From Gracilinanus agilis (taxonomy: Eukaryota), in assembly GCF_016433145.1 (NCBI RefSeq), contig NC_058132.1:511488811-511552810 (forward strand): a stretch of 64,000 nucleotides of DNA. The letters are read 5' to 3'. Positions within the stretch are counted from its first letter, which is position 1. Every line of letters starts with the position of its first letter. The notes beneath the pieces are model-generated. The model saw only the letters and a list, made by a program, of their open reading frames with translations, was not told where the DNA came from and searched no databases. Of this stretch, positions 12,468-25,038 are shown piece by piece. A program made the position numbers and the translations under genes.

Positions 12468-14149
12468 CCTGTTTACATTTTTAAAGTTTAGAAAACCATG
12501 CAAAATTTTCCAATAAACTGCATTTCAGAAGCTAGAGAGTAAAACATCAACAACCAAAAAAAAACATTTTTGAATGCTCCTCTAAGATAAAAATAATTGT
12601 GTCATATAATTTTAAGATGCTGTAGCAATGACAATTAATAGCTAAGGAAAATTGATGCCTTCCAATATAATACTGTGAATTTCTTAATTATGTAAGTCAT
12701 AGACTCAACTGCCTTGGTATTACTCATACCTTTTAGTTCAGAGTTATGCATGTGGCAGTCACTTTATGAATGCCTTTTGAAGGAAGAAATAAATGAATGA
12801 ACAGAAATAACATCAGGATTAATATCTATCATGAGGGTTTTGTTCTTCTACATCATTGCTATAGAATGCTTAGTTTACTTCATTCAATACTAATACTGAT
12901 TTCAAAAAGTTGTGTACTTTGCATCAATTTAGAATTTCTAGTTCCTATCACAAGTGGACAAATATACTTTTCTACCTTCAACCTGGGATAGATGTTGGCA
13001 CCTTTTTAATTATAGTAGATTTTATTACGACCATATATGGAAATGGGAACACAGAACTTTTGGATAAAAGTTTAGCTGTGTAGTAAGTCAGCAGTAGAAC
13101 TAAATGTCTCACAAGTCAGGGTTCTCACAAATATTGGGACCTGGGATATATACATCCCATTTACCTACAATGTAGGAGCCTAGGTCTCTGTGGGGATGTC
13201 CTTTTGTTCTATTTCAAACATGGATTTAGAGATTGTCAAATCAATGATATAATTGTTTTATAACCTGAAAGCAATTCAGGGTCATGAATATGTCCCCATT
13301 TGGGTTCACAGACTTATAGATTTAGACCTAGAAGGGATCTTAGAAGCGATCTAGTTCAAAATCCTCATTTTACAGGAGAAAAATGAGGTTTGAGACATTA
13401 AGTATGTTAACAAGGCATTTATAGAGTGCTTATTTGGTGCCACACATTATGTTGAACTCTGAGGATCAAAAGTAAAAGAAAAAAAAGTTGTCCTTGCCCT
13501 CAAGGAGTTTAAATGTAACATAGGTAGCAAGTGGCAAAGCTCAAATTTGAACCTACATCTTTTGGACAAATAAGGAAATTTTGATTTGCTTCATTCAAAA
13601 ATGCATTAAACAATTAAATAAAGGAAATCTGACAAATCTCTAATTTTCTGTAATGTTAAAGTCTGGATTTAGCTCAGTCTTCTATTTAATTCCTTTTAAG
13701 TTTTCTTTCACAGCCCTGCCCTCCATTTCCATTTGCCTGTGATTAGGAAGATCAAGAGTTCTGGCAAAGGTCTAGCTATTTTATCTCCTGCCATGTTGGA
13801 GTGTATTTTCTAAGGTAAATGTGAGATAACTTCAGTCCCTGAATACTCCAATCTCTATCCTAGAGCGCTCCTTCCCCTTTCACCAACATCCACAATTCAC
13901 AACTGTTTACAGAGTCAGTGCTTCATCACTGGGGAGTCTATTCACATTTGGGGAGTCAATGCTTCACCATTTTGCTGCCATAAATCTTTATATAACTCTG
14001 AAAAAAAGCTCAAATAATTGTTATTTATTTTCAGTGAATCTTTCCCTCTTACACTACTATTCTCAATGATTCAGAGTCTTTCATCTCCTGGGGTGAAAGC
14101 TTTCTTTTCTTCCTCTGTCTACTACTCTTATTCTTAACCAGTTAAATCC

Positions 14150-15340
14150 TGCCACTCACTAGTCATGCTTCTCCAGTCTTTTCCATCTCTTTGTGTTTTC
14201 TAGAAACTCTGCCTAATCATAAATATGTTTCCTTGAGTCCTTGATCTCTTCTTTCATTCTATTTCTCCTTTCTTCCCTTCACAAAATCTGATTCTCCAAA
14301 GGATTCTTGCTTTCCAGTGCTAGTGGTGCCTTTTTAATTTTTAAAAATTTTCTTGCTTATGAGCACAACAAACATGACTACTTTACTATCCAAAGAAAAG
14401 AAAGATTACAAGTGAATCTGTGAATTTCCATTATATAGTTTTAAAGTATATGTTAAATTAAATACAAACATTTCCCTGCTTATCTAGACAATATTCCAAC
14501 TCTCATCTGTGTATTTTTCATTCTTAATTGATGCTCTTTTCTTTCTTTTTTATTTCACTCTCACTATCTAACAGCTCCCTTCATAGAAATTTTTTCTGGT
14601 GAGAAATAAGTATAACAAAGCAAAACAAAAAAAAAATCAGTGTTTTGGCCTTGTCTCCAAATGAATGTCTTATTTTACATCTTTTGTTTCTTATTTTTCT
14701 TTCAACAGTTGGGTTTCTTTCATGTCTATGAAAAACTGGTCCAGAAGGGAGATTGAGTTTTTTTTCCCACTCCCCATTGCCACATCCAGTCCTTTTCCTT
14801 TGTCAAGATCACTCAACAACCTTTACTCCTTTGAGCTTAATTCCACCCATCTCTATCATCCCAGCCAAGACTTTTGTTGGTATTATATGCTGATTTAGAG
14901 TTTAAGCTTTTCCTTTCTCAAGTTTACCATCTGGATCACAGTAGCCTTTTTCTTCGTTCAGCTCCTTTTCCATCTACTTGGAAACTTCAACACACATGTT
15001 AATTCTGCTCAAATATCTTGGCTTCTCAGTCTATCAGCTTCCACAACTCTTAAGTCTTAAAGCTTTCTTTAGTCACTTATAGGGATGATCATACCTTATC
15101 ATGCACATCCTCTGCTGTGATTATGCACCTCCCTGTTTGTGAACTCCAAAATTCCTCTTTCTCATTATTTCCTTGTCCTAAATTTTCTCCTTACTCACTC
15201 CTTTTTATGTTTTTTGTCCCTACCGCAATCTCTCCACCATCCCTCCCAATCACTGCAGCTCTGGTCTTGGGTTCTTCCCTTCATAGTTGATCTTCTAGTG
15301 ATCCATTTCAACTATGTATCATCATTTTTAACATTTTTAC
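14150..15340 (+). mobile_element. L2 ORF2 endonuclease relic, interrupted by an old antisense L1 3' UTR at ~14335-14770
   Basis: The frame at ~14972 reads LLGNFNTHVN, matching the APE-endonuclease LILGDFNIH motif; a downstream NSKIPLSHY segment resembles the SDH motif. Confidence 0.7.
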
Positions 15341-18300
15341 CTTCTTGTACTAAACACTAACTTCATTATCTTTTGATCTTTTGAAGCCTTCACATTTTTC
15401 CTAGGGAAATCTACAAGTATGTCTGTTAAACACATGGTTCTTAGTGCATGCCCAACATTAAGGATATATGTTTCTTAGTAACACCGTTACTAACACAGTA
15501 ATAAGGGTAAATGGAAACAAAGTCCTTTTGAATCCTGAAAGTACTCCTTTTCAGGCAGTGACCCATAGAGAGTTGCTTTGAATAATGTCTTTAAATGGAA
15601 TGAGAAAAGACTACTAGGTGATTCAGACATCACACGGCATTCCAAAAAGTTTGATTGCACAATATACTTTTGGCTTACTTCCTACTAAAGCAATTTGGGA
15701 TATCTATGCTCACATGGCCCATCAAGGTGCTCTTTGCCAGTGCTGGTATTCTGTGTCATCATGGACTAAGCATATTTGTATTTATCAAATCTTATTCAAT
15801 GCCTTATGGGAAATGCCAATGAATTTAGTATGCAATATTAAATCATGTGGCAAGGACTATTTATAATTTAGATTTCTTACAATGAGAAATGATTCCATTT
15901 TTGAACCTGTACAAGATATCTTCTATTACAGCAATGAACAACAATAACAATATATGTATGGGGGTGGGGGAGAAAGGAAAGAGAGACAGACAGAGACTTA
16001 GAAAAGTCAGTTGATGTGAGAAATAGGAGTATCTAGATAAGTTGTCTGATCTTGGGCAGCTTAGTTAACTTTGAGGGCCCCCAGGAAACTCTTTAAGATT
16101 ATAAGTTGCAGATTAGTTCCCCAATTTCACCCATGCAGAGAATTTCCTTACAGAAAAAATACTATGTGGATATATTGTCAAAATGTGTATATCTATCTAT
16201 ATATATTAATAACATTTATATTTTTATTTACATATCCATATCATCTACAGCTTGCACATATACAATTTAAAAATTTAAAAATTAATATATACTTAATAAA
16301 TATACTAAGTAATAGCTTGTCTACTTCAGCTCCAAGTCTCTGATATTAACTATGTCATATTCATAGGTGAGGAGAAAAATCTTGTTTTATATGGTTTGTG
16401 TCCCTTGTTACATAGCAGGAAAGTGAAAATTTGAATTCCTTTTCTCCTTTTAATACAGAAATTTTTATATGTTGTTAGAATCAGTCCCCTAACTCCTGTC
16501 CTAAAATTGAACCAAAAGGATCAGTCTGGTTGGCTGCCAATTGGTCTTTTTGTATTAATGCATTCTAAGAGGAATAAACCAAGCTCAGTCATTCTTCAAT
16601 TTAAAAAAAAAAATCAGGACTCCACTCTCTGAAGCTCTTTTCTGGCAGAGTTATCATTAGTAATCTCGAGACTTGAGGCAAACCCTATTATAAAATAACC
16701 TAATAACAGTATGTTAAAAACAAATTATAGCATCCGTTGTGATTGCAAGCCTAACACACATCCATTTTCCTTTTCAGGGCAGTGCCCAGTAATTGCCTAA
16801 ATCCTATTGTATAATCATGAGTAGAGATTTGTGTTTCTGAATCGGGAGAAATTTGTTTTATTTTTCTAGGCATCAGTGCCCCATCTGTGCTAAATTATTT
16901 AATGTTTAAGTAGGGGAACAGATAATCTTTAATGTACATTTTATTTTACATGTGTAATAATTATTTTGGTGGCAATGGAATATGATTTCATGATTTCATA
17001 TCATGCCTATTCTGAAAAAAATGAAATAATCTGTAGATATGACTCAAAGGTTAGGTGAATTTATGCATGCATTTGTGTGGGTGTGAGTGTGAGAGACAGA
17101 CAGACAGACAAAGAAACACAAAGAAAAAGAGAGAGATAGAGATAAAGACAGAGAAAAAGACAGAGACAGAGACAAAGAGAGATGGAGATAAAGACAGAGA
17201 GAGAGAATATGGTTAGTGTCTCATTCTGAATTTATTCTACCAAACTGTCCAACTATGCTCATGTCAACTGATCAAATAAAATAATATTTGTAAAGCACTT
17301 AGTACATTGCATGGCCCTTAGTAGGTGCTTAATACATATTTGTTTCTTTCCTCCCTTCCTGTATTAATCACAGCCATTGGATTATTTTAACTTTAAAATG
17401 AACATGTTGATTTTTAGGCCAGTCTTTTGATTCTATAAAAATCTTGTGATACTTTTCATATTGACTCTACCACACTCCAGGGCATGCTTTTAATGCTTCT
17501 CTAATTGAGATGTTCATGTTTTCCTAGCACCATCCCACATGCCCAGTGGGTGCTCAATAAATCCTAATTGATGACAAGTTATGTTTCTTTCACAAATAGA
17601 CCCAAACAAGTAGATTTCTATATGTTTCCTGTTACCTTGAAGTAATTAAGTTTAAAAATGGAGCCTAAGGTTAGTGTTGGCAAGTAAATTGGCATCAAAA
17701 CAAGTTAAGTTGTGTCAACTTATGTTACTTGGAATAAATAGTGTTGATTTCAAAGCACAAAAATATTTACATAGTCTGACTATTGAAAAATCCACTATTC
17801 TAGGTCAATTAATCAGAATGCCCATATTTTCCAAGTTAGAATTGGCAGTAATACGGTCCTAGAAGATGTCACCAAGCTTTGATCTGGTATTCATTCAGTC
17901 ATGATAAAAGTTCTTTGTGACATTGTCTAATAGAAATAAGGAAGTTATTCTGTTCAAATCTCTGAGGAAAAATGTTGCATGCCCACTGATAAAGTTAGGA
18001 TGTATGAGGACATTAAATAAAAGACCCATGTGTACTAATTCAACTCAATATAGCTCCAGAACACTCTCCATCATGGCACCAGTGACTACTTGATGTGGGC
18101 ATCTTGCTCTTTGATCTGTTGCTTTGCCTCTTCTCAACAAGAACAGAATCTTCCCATATCCTGGACCAAAAGAGACCAGATCCCCCACAACCCTGTGGAA
18201 ATCCTTTCAATATCTGAAACTCTGCTTTGGAATTAAGCTTCTCTGCTTGGTAGTAAATAAAAAGTGAATGAATGAAAACTCACTACAACCCACTATATTT

Positions 18301-18479
18301 TGTGTCCAGCTAACCAAAAGCTATCTTAATATACCATAAAGTCACCTACCATGATACCAGGGCTTACCTACCATAGATTTCTTGCCTCTGTCTTCTTAGC
18401 TGTTATATTTTTACTCCTTTCTTCTTTCCACTTTTCTCCTCTTACTCTTGGTCTGAAAATAATAATCAATATAAAGGGA

Positions 18480-18725
18480 GGGAGTAAACATTATATAGTG
18501 CCTACTCTGTGCTAGGCACTATGCCAAATTCTTTTTCAAATATTATCTCATTTAATCCTTAACAACTATGTGAGGTAAGTAATATTACTATCTCCTTTTT
18601 ATAGTTGAAGAATCTGAGCTAATTAAAAATTAAGTGAATAGCTCTTAAGCGTCTGAGGCTGGATTTGAGCTCAGATCTTTCTGATTTCAGGCTAATGCTT
18701 TATCCACTATACTATCAGCTGCCTC
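18480..18725 (-). mobile_element. MIR SINE
   Basis: ATTATCTCATTTAATCCT...GAATCTGAG...GGATTTGAGCTCAG...TTATCCACTATAC is the MIR core in reverse. Confidence 0.85.
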
Positions 18726-19454
18726 TACTTCAATTGATTCTGAAAAGAAAACAATCAATCATATTATCATCATGGTCACAATTCCTATGACTCCCCAGAC
18801 CAAAACCTTTCTCTTTTATATGTGTTATGTCCCACTATTAGAATATGAACTAGTGGAGGGCAGGGAATGTTTTGGATTTATATCCCCAGCCCCAAGTTCA
18901 GTACTAGAAAATTTAGTAGGTTTTAAGCACTTTGCCAAGAATATTCCAAATGGGGCCAAAGTCAGACACAACTAAAGCTACTGAACAATAAGAAATATAA
19001 TACTACCATGAGTTGGCTAGTTCATGTATTTGATTATTCTTTTCAACTTAAAGATAAAAAAAATGAGGCTTTGAAAAGTTAAGTGGTACTAGTGTTCAAA
19101 AAGCTATTAAAAATAGCGAATATTACTAGCCAATATTAGAAAATGCTAAATCAGGGTAGCATCTCCATTTAGATGGTTGTTCTGCAGCACCAATGGGGGT
19201 TCCTAGTCAGTCCAAAAGTAGGACAGAAAGAGAGAGTAATCTGCCCCTGCCTAGGTTTATCTAATTTTCTCTCCACTCACTTACTCTCATAGGTCATGCC
19301 TCACGAGCCCACTGTCACCCTTCATCCTTCACTTGTGCAGCCCAGAAGACACCAGCCCAGCCTTGTTGTCCCTACCTTAATTGCTCGCTATGCCACTGAC
19401 CCCAGGGGAGAACTAGAGTTTGGATTCTTACCTATCCTCATGATCAAGGTCGCC

Positions 19455-19695
19455 TTAACAACTACTATTGGAAAATGTATTACAAACGCAGAGATTATTA
19501 AAGGGGTGCTCTCTGCTCTCCAACTACCTGAAGCTCTGGCTGTAGTCCATTGCCCTGCCCATACAGGGGGTACTGACCCTATCTCTAGCGGAAATCATTG
19601 GGCAGATACTACAGCAAAGCTCACAACCTTAGAAAGAACTGAGCTGATTTTAAATGGTAATGAACCAAATTTATCCCTCTCTTATAATGAAGGAG
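19455..19695 (+). pseudogene. ERV pol RNase H C-terminal fragment
   Basis: Translates GKCITNAEIIKGVLSALQLPEALAVVHCPAHTGGTDPISSGNHWADTTAK, matching the class I ERV RNase H pattern HCxxH...GNxxAD. Confidence 0.9.
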
Positions 19696-21610
19696 GAAAT
19701 GGAGAAAAGACATTTGACAAATTTGACCCATTCCTTAAAAAACAAAACAAAACATGAGAAAACATTTAAATAAATGGAACCTTCCTCAGTGATAAGTGTA
19801 ATTTATCTAAAACCACCAGCAAAAATTTTCTGGAATGAGGATAAAGCACAACCCTTCACAATAAAAGAAGGGGTAAAGCCCATCATTATTTCATATTGTA
19901 CTACAAAAACTTGTTAAAGTATTAAGAGCAGAAAAAAGTAATGGAAGGAATTATAATAGGCAATGAGAAAACAAAGTTATCCCTCTTTGCAAAAGATATA
20001 ATGTATACATAGAGCATCCCTGAGAACCAACTAAAAAACTAATAGAAATAATGAACAACTTCAAGAAAGCCACAGGATACACAATAAACTCATACAAATC
20101 ATCAGCATTTCTATTTACCATTAACAAAATCCAACAATAAAAGATAAAAAATGAAATTTCATTCGAAATAACTCAACAATATAGAATATTTGGGGATATA
20201 CCCAGCAAACCCAGCAAATAAATGACACAATTACTCTTCACACAAAGCAAGTGGAAAAACACTAATTATTCATGGAGAGGCCAAGCCAATATAGTAAAAA
20301 TGACAATCCTTCCCAAATTAATATACTTATTCAGTGCCATACCAATCAAAATAACCAATAATTATTTCATAGACCTGTAAGAAATAACAACAAATTCCAT
20401 CTGGAAGAACAAAAGGCCAAAATTATCAAGGAAATTAATGAAAAAGAAAATAAGAAGGAAGGAGGCTTGGGTGTATCAAATCTCAAACTGCACTATAAAA
20501 TGAAAATCTTCTTAACAACTGGATAGTGACTTAAGGAAAAGAGTTGTAGATCAGTTGAATAGATAAGGTAGTCAACACATAGCAGTTAATGTCCATAGCA
20601 TCTCAGTGTTTGAAAACACAAAGATCAAAGCTTTTGGAAAAAGAACTTATTATTTCACAAAAGTTGCTGGGAAATCTGGAAAGCAGTAAAGCAGAGAGTA
20701 CTCATGGACCAACATCTCACACCACACACTAGGATAAAGTCAAAATGGATACTTGATCTAGGTATAAAGGTGACACTATAAACAGATTGGGGAAACATGG
20801 AAAAGTTTACCTGTCAGATGTAGGGATAAGGGAAGAATGTATGACCAAACAAGACAGAGAACATTACAAAAAATAAAATAAATAATTTGATTACTTTCAA
20901 TTAAAAAGATTTTGTAAAAATAAAACCAATCCAACTAAGACTAGAAGAGAAAACAGCAAATTTGGGGAAAGATATTTTTATCTTAAATGTTTTGACAAAA
21001 GCATCAGTTTCTAAATATATAGAGAACTGAGCCAATCTATAAGAATACAAGCATACCCCAATCAAAAATTATTCAAAGGATACAAACAGGCAGTTCTCAG
21101 AGGAAGAAGTTAAAACTACCCTTAGCATATGATAAAATGCTACACATCACAACTGATTAGAGCAATGCAAATTAAAACAACTCTGAGATACCACCTCATA
21201 CCTGCCAGATGGGAGACAAAAACCAAAATGGAAAATGGTAAACATGAGAAGAAATACTATATGATGATCAATTGTGAAGGATAGACTATTATTAGTGAAA
21301 CAAGTTTCCAAGATAACCACAAGGAACTCATGCTGAAAATGCTATCTATAGCCAAAGAAGGAGCCATCTTCATATATATATATATCTTTCATGAGACTTC
21401 TATTGTATGGATAATATGTGTCTTCAATCATGTCATGAACAATATGAAACTATGTATTACTTGAAAGTACGGGTATAACATATCATATTATTCAGCGCCT
21501 CAAGGAGGGAAGAGGATAGGCAGGGAGAAAATTTAAATTTTAAAGTGTCAAAAAATTGTCAAAAAGTGTTTCTATATGTAATTGAAAAAATATTTTAAAG
21601 TAAATAAATT
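19695..21610 (+). mobile_element. 5'-truncated L1 (RT to 3' UTR) with internal deletions
   Basis: Starts EK-FDK (the AEKAFDKI motif), continues KLSLFAKDIMY (the FADD region) and [18 protein letters not shown], and ends in a 3' UTR with an A-rich tail. Confidence 0.92.
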
Positions 21611-21699
21611 TCTTAGAATTATAAAGATAATTCTGAAGAGGATCAGTTGATGGATCTCAGGATATTTAATATGAAGAGATAATTTCAGGTATGATTGCC

Positions 21700-21995
21700 T
21701 TGCCAATTTAAAGGATCTGTATCAGATATGGCTTCATTGAGCAGTGTTAGATATAATGCGTGGAATTTACCAGGAGATGAATTTAGGCACGATATAAAGG
21801 AAAAGCTTATCAATTACAACTGTAAAAAATAGAATGGACTCCTTCATGAGGCCAAAGAATCATAGAAGCTCAGAGTTGGAAAACACCCCAAGAGTTTTCA
21901 AGTCCAAGCTGTTCCTGAACCTAATTGTCCTCTACAATATCCCTCTAAGGAAGCATCTAACTCGTATCTTGAAGGAAATACATTTTAATGCTGTA
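21700..21995. mobile_element. CR1/L3 3' fragments in opposite orientations
   Basis: A plus piece reading DEFRHDIKEK...NGLL (CR1 ORF2 end) is followed by a minus 3' tail AGAATCATAGAA...GTCCAA...CCTCTACAATATCCCT. Confidence 0.55.
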
Positions 21996-22089
21996 TCATT
22001 TGCTTTTTTTATTTTAACCTATAACATTGTGTTTCCCGTCTAAGCTCAAAAATTTCTCTGAGAGGCTTAGAAATGTCCTTGCATTAAGA

Positions 22090-22318
22090 CCTCATTGGGA
22101 AAGCCTTGGCACGTGTGCACAGCTGACACTCTGGGAGCTGCTCATTCTCCCTCTTCCCAGCAACCAAGGACATTTTTTGCATGCCCCACCCCTCTGTCCA
22201 GCCACCCAAAACAAGTACTTTCTCCTTCAACTCTCTCAGGTAATGGTAATGGAGAGCTCACAAACAGCTTGAATTTGTCTTCTGGGCACTTGAACTGGGA
22301 AAAGGTTTGCCAATCCTG
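22090..22318. mobile_element. Non-autonomous hAT DNA transposon
   Basis: Right terminus AAGGTTTGCCAATCCTG (reverse complement CAGGATTGGCAAACC, a hAT-type TIR); degenerate 8-bp TSD CATTAAGA / CTCTAAGA. Confidence 0.6.
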
Positions 22319-25038
22319 CTCTAAGATATCTTCCTAAATTGGGACTGGGTCTACCTAACTGAGAATTTGAGTTCTGTTTTCTTTGTAAACAGAACTAACC
22401 TAAACCAGATACTCTTTCTGGGGTGATAAGCTTCTGTCCCAAGTTCCTCCCCCTCCACCCTCTACCCCTGATTGAAATGTAGAGTTATATAGCTTGTAGA
22501 GGTGACGCTTGACTAGAACAAGCTGGATCTATAGTTTTACATATCTATATCTATATGTAAATTATATATACTATTATACATGAGTATAATATAATAATAT
22601 ATAATATAATATAAAATTATATAACAATATATAATATGTGTGTATAATTGTTATTGTAAAATGATGCCTTTTCTAGAGGGAAGAGAGGAAGGAGAGAGAT
22701 ACTTGGAGACTTTAACCTAATGAACAAACAAATCAATCAATCAATTTTTAAAAAAATCTCATAGCCAGGCTTTGTTCATTATATGACTCCCCCCATTACA
22801 GACGAAGTAATCTGGAAGGGCCTGGGAAAAGGCACTCTCAGAGACTAATTCAAAAAACTCAGTGAAATCTAATGAGAGCCAAGGGTAGTAAGAATAATGG
22901 GCCAAAATGAACACCATTAGGAAACTACTATAACATAGATTAAGGGAGAACTCACTGAGACAGGAATGACCAGAAGATAAGCAATTTAGTTCTATGACAT
23001 TTGGTCCAAGGCTACAACTAATTCATCTTGGGAATCTTTGTGGCCCTGATAGGGTTCTCTTTGTTATCAGAAATTGAAATAGTTGAGGCTAGTTATAGGG
23101 AACAAAAACTCTAAACAATTGGATCATTGGTACCTTTGGGGTAGATCAATAGATCCCACCATTAAACTTCAGTCATCTGATGACATCAATTCAATTATCT
23201 TCCAAATTTATCTTCTGAACCCTTTTCTTGCTCCTTTCTCCTTTGAATTTACTTACCTCTTTGATCTCACCTCCAGCTTTCTAGCCTGCTTTAACCCTTT
23301 CCTTTCCAGTTCCCTTGTATTCTTCTACTCCTCTGCCTTACCAAATTATTTTACCTTGCCAGTTTCTTCTCTGAAATCCCTTTGCGAGCCAAAGATCAAA
23401 GAATCCCTAGCAGACAACTTTGAGATTCTAGAGCTGGCTGTAGCTGTTCTTCAACTCTTCCCTCTGTCTACTCCTCTGCCTCAATTGAGCAATGGAATTC
23501 TCTATAGGTAAAGGAAAAAACCTGAAGGCATTTTACCTTTGTAGGAAGTTGCCATCCCATGATTGAAGAGGAAATGTAGTTTTACTCTAGCAACATGTTC
23601 CCTTCCCTACTAATCTTTGTACTTTAAGGAGAGAGACTCCTAAATGTGATGAGGATTCAGTAGCTATAATCACTCAATTTCAAGCAATTTTTAGAGGTTT
23701 TAATCCAGCTTGAAGTGCTGTAATGGATCTATTTTTTTTCTTTTCCCTAGAGAAAGGCAAACTATTTTAGTTGCATTAAACTATTCCCTGTAGGTGGGTC
23801 AGTCCAACTTTGGTCTCTAAGGGATCTTAATTGGGATCCAAATAATCCCAAGGATTGCATCAAATTACAAAAAAACTAGGGAAACTTTATTTAAAGGAAT
23901 GGATATTTGGTTAGGCCAGAAAATTGAGATAGATTTCAAGATATGCTTCAGGGAGATAAGGAACACCCAAAATAAAATAGATTTTTGACCATTTATGTAA
24001 AAGAGCTAAGTGATGTTGGATTAGAACCAATTAACTCAAGAGATGTGCACAACATCCTTACTCATTTTGTGAATCAATGACCACCAGCAATAAGAAAACT
24101 CATGGTAAAACATGAATAAAGAATAATTGGAAGATACTGCTTTATATGTTTATGGAAGAAACAAAAAAGGAGAGAGAAGATAGAGAAAGAGAGAGAGGAC
24201 AAGAATAAACATGAGAAAAAGAAATAGGAGAAAGAATAGAACTTGTCTACCATAATTCCTATAAAAATAGCCTTGATCCAAAATGTATGAGGTCCTTTGC
24301 AGGAGGTGTCTCAGAACCTGGCATAGGTAGCAGGGACTCTCTGCTAATGTTTCAGAATCCACACACCTGTTTCTATTGCAAAAAAGGGGGGCACATTTCT
24401 CCAGAGTCTAGAGTGTGGACAGAAAAGACTGAACCTTAGAAATACAAGATATAATGACTTTAGAGACTCCTAGTGAAACTGTACTGATTTTAGGAGCTCC
24501 CAGAGGATCACTGAGGCACGAATGTGTTGGGGAGGAGGAGGGGCTATCGAACTTGAGTATAATGATTTTGCTCTCCCAGAACCTGATCTACTTGCCCTCA
24601 TTATCTCAGTTCATTCCCCTCCTCTAAACAATGAACCCTATGTCACCCTTAAAGTTGAGGACACACTATGATGGTTTACTGGATTCTTGGGCTTCTAAAA
24701 TCAGTCCTAATTAAGTAAACCTAATCCTAGATGTACTTCTATTGAGTCCTGAAATGTAGTTGCAGTTTCAGGAAAGGCTCAACATGTCCATAAACTATCT
24801 CTCCAAATGGGCCCTCTTATCACAGAATACTTATTTCTCCTCAATCCTGAATCTCCTGTAAATTTGTTGGGATGTGATCTCCTGTGTAAACTTAGGGCTA
24901 CCATTTTCTGCTCTCCTAATGGCACTGTTTCTACAGCTGTCTGAGGACTCACTCCCTCTATTCCCAGTCCTCATTAAAAACATAAAAGGGACAGTAGAAA
25001 ATACTTTTTTGAAATCCCTTCTGATATTCCTATTACCT

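Noticed and set aside
19296-19757. 153-aa ORF as a functional or domesticated RNase H gene
   Set aside because: It lacks the N-terminal catalytic part of RNase H and runs into L1 sequence; it is an accidental open frame across a junction.
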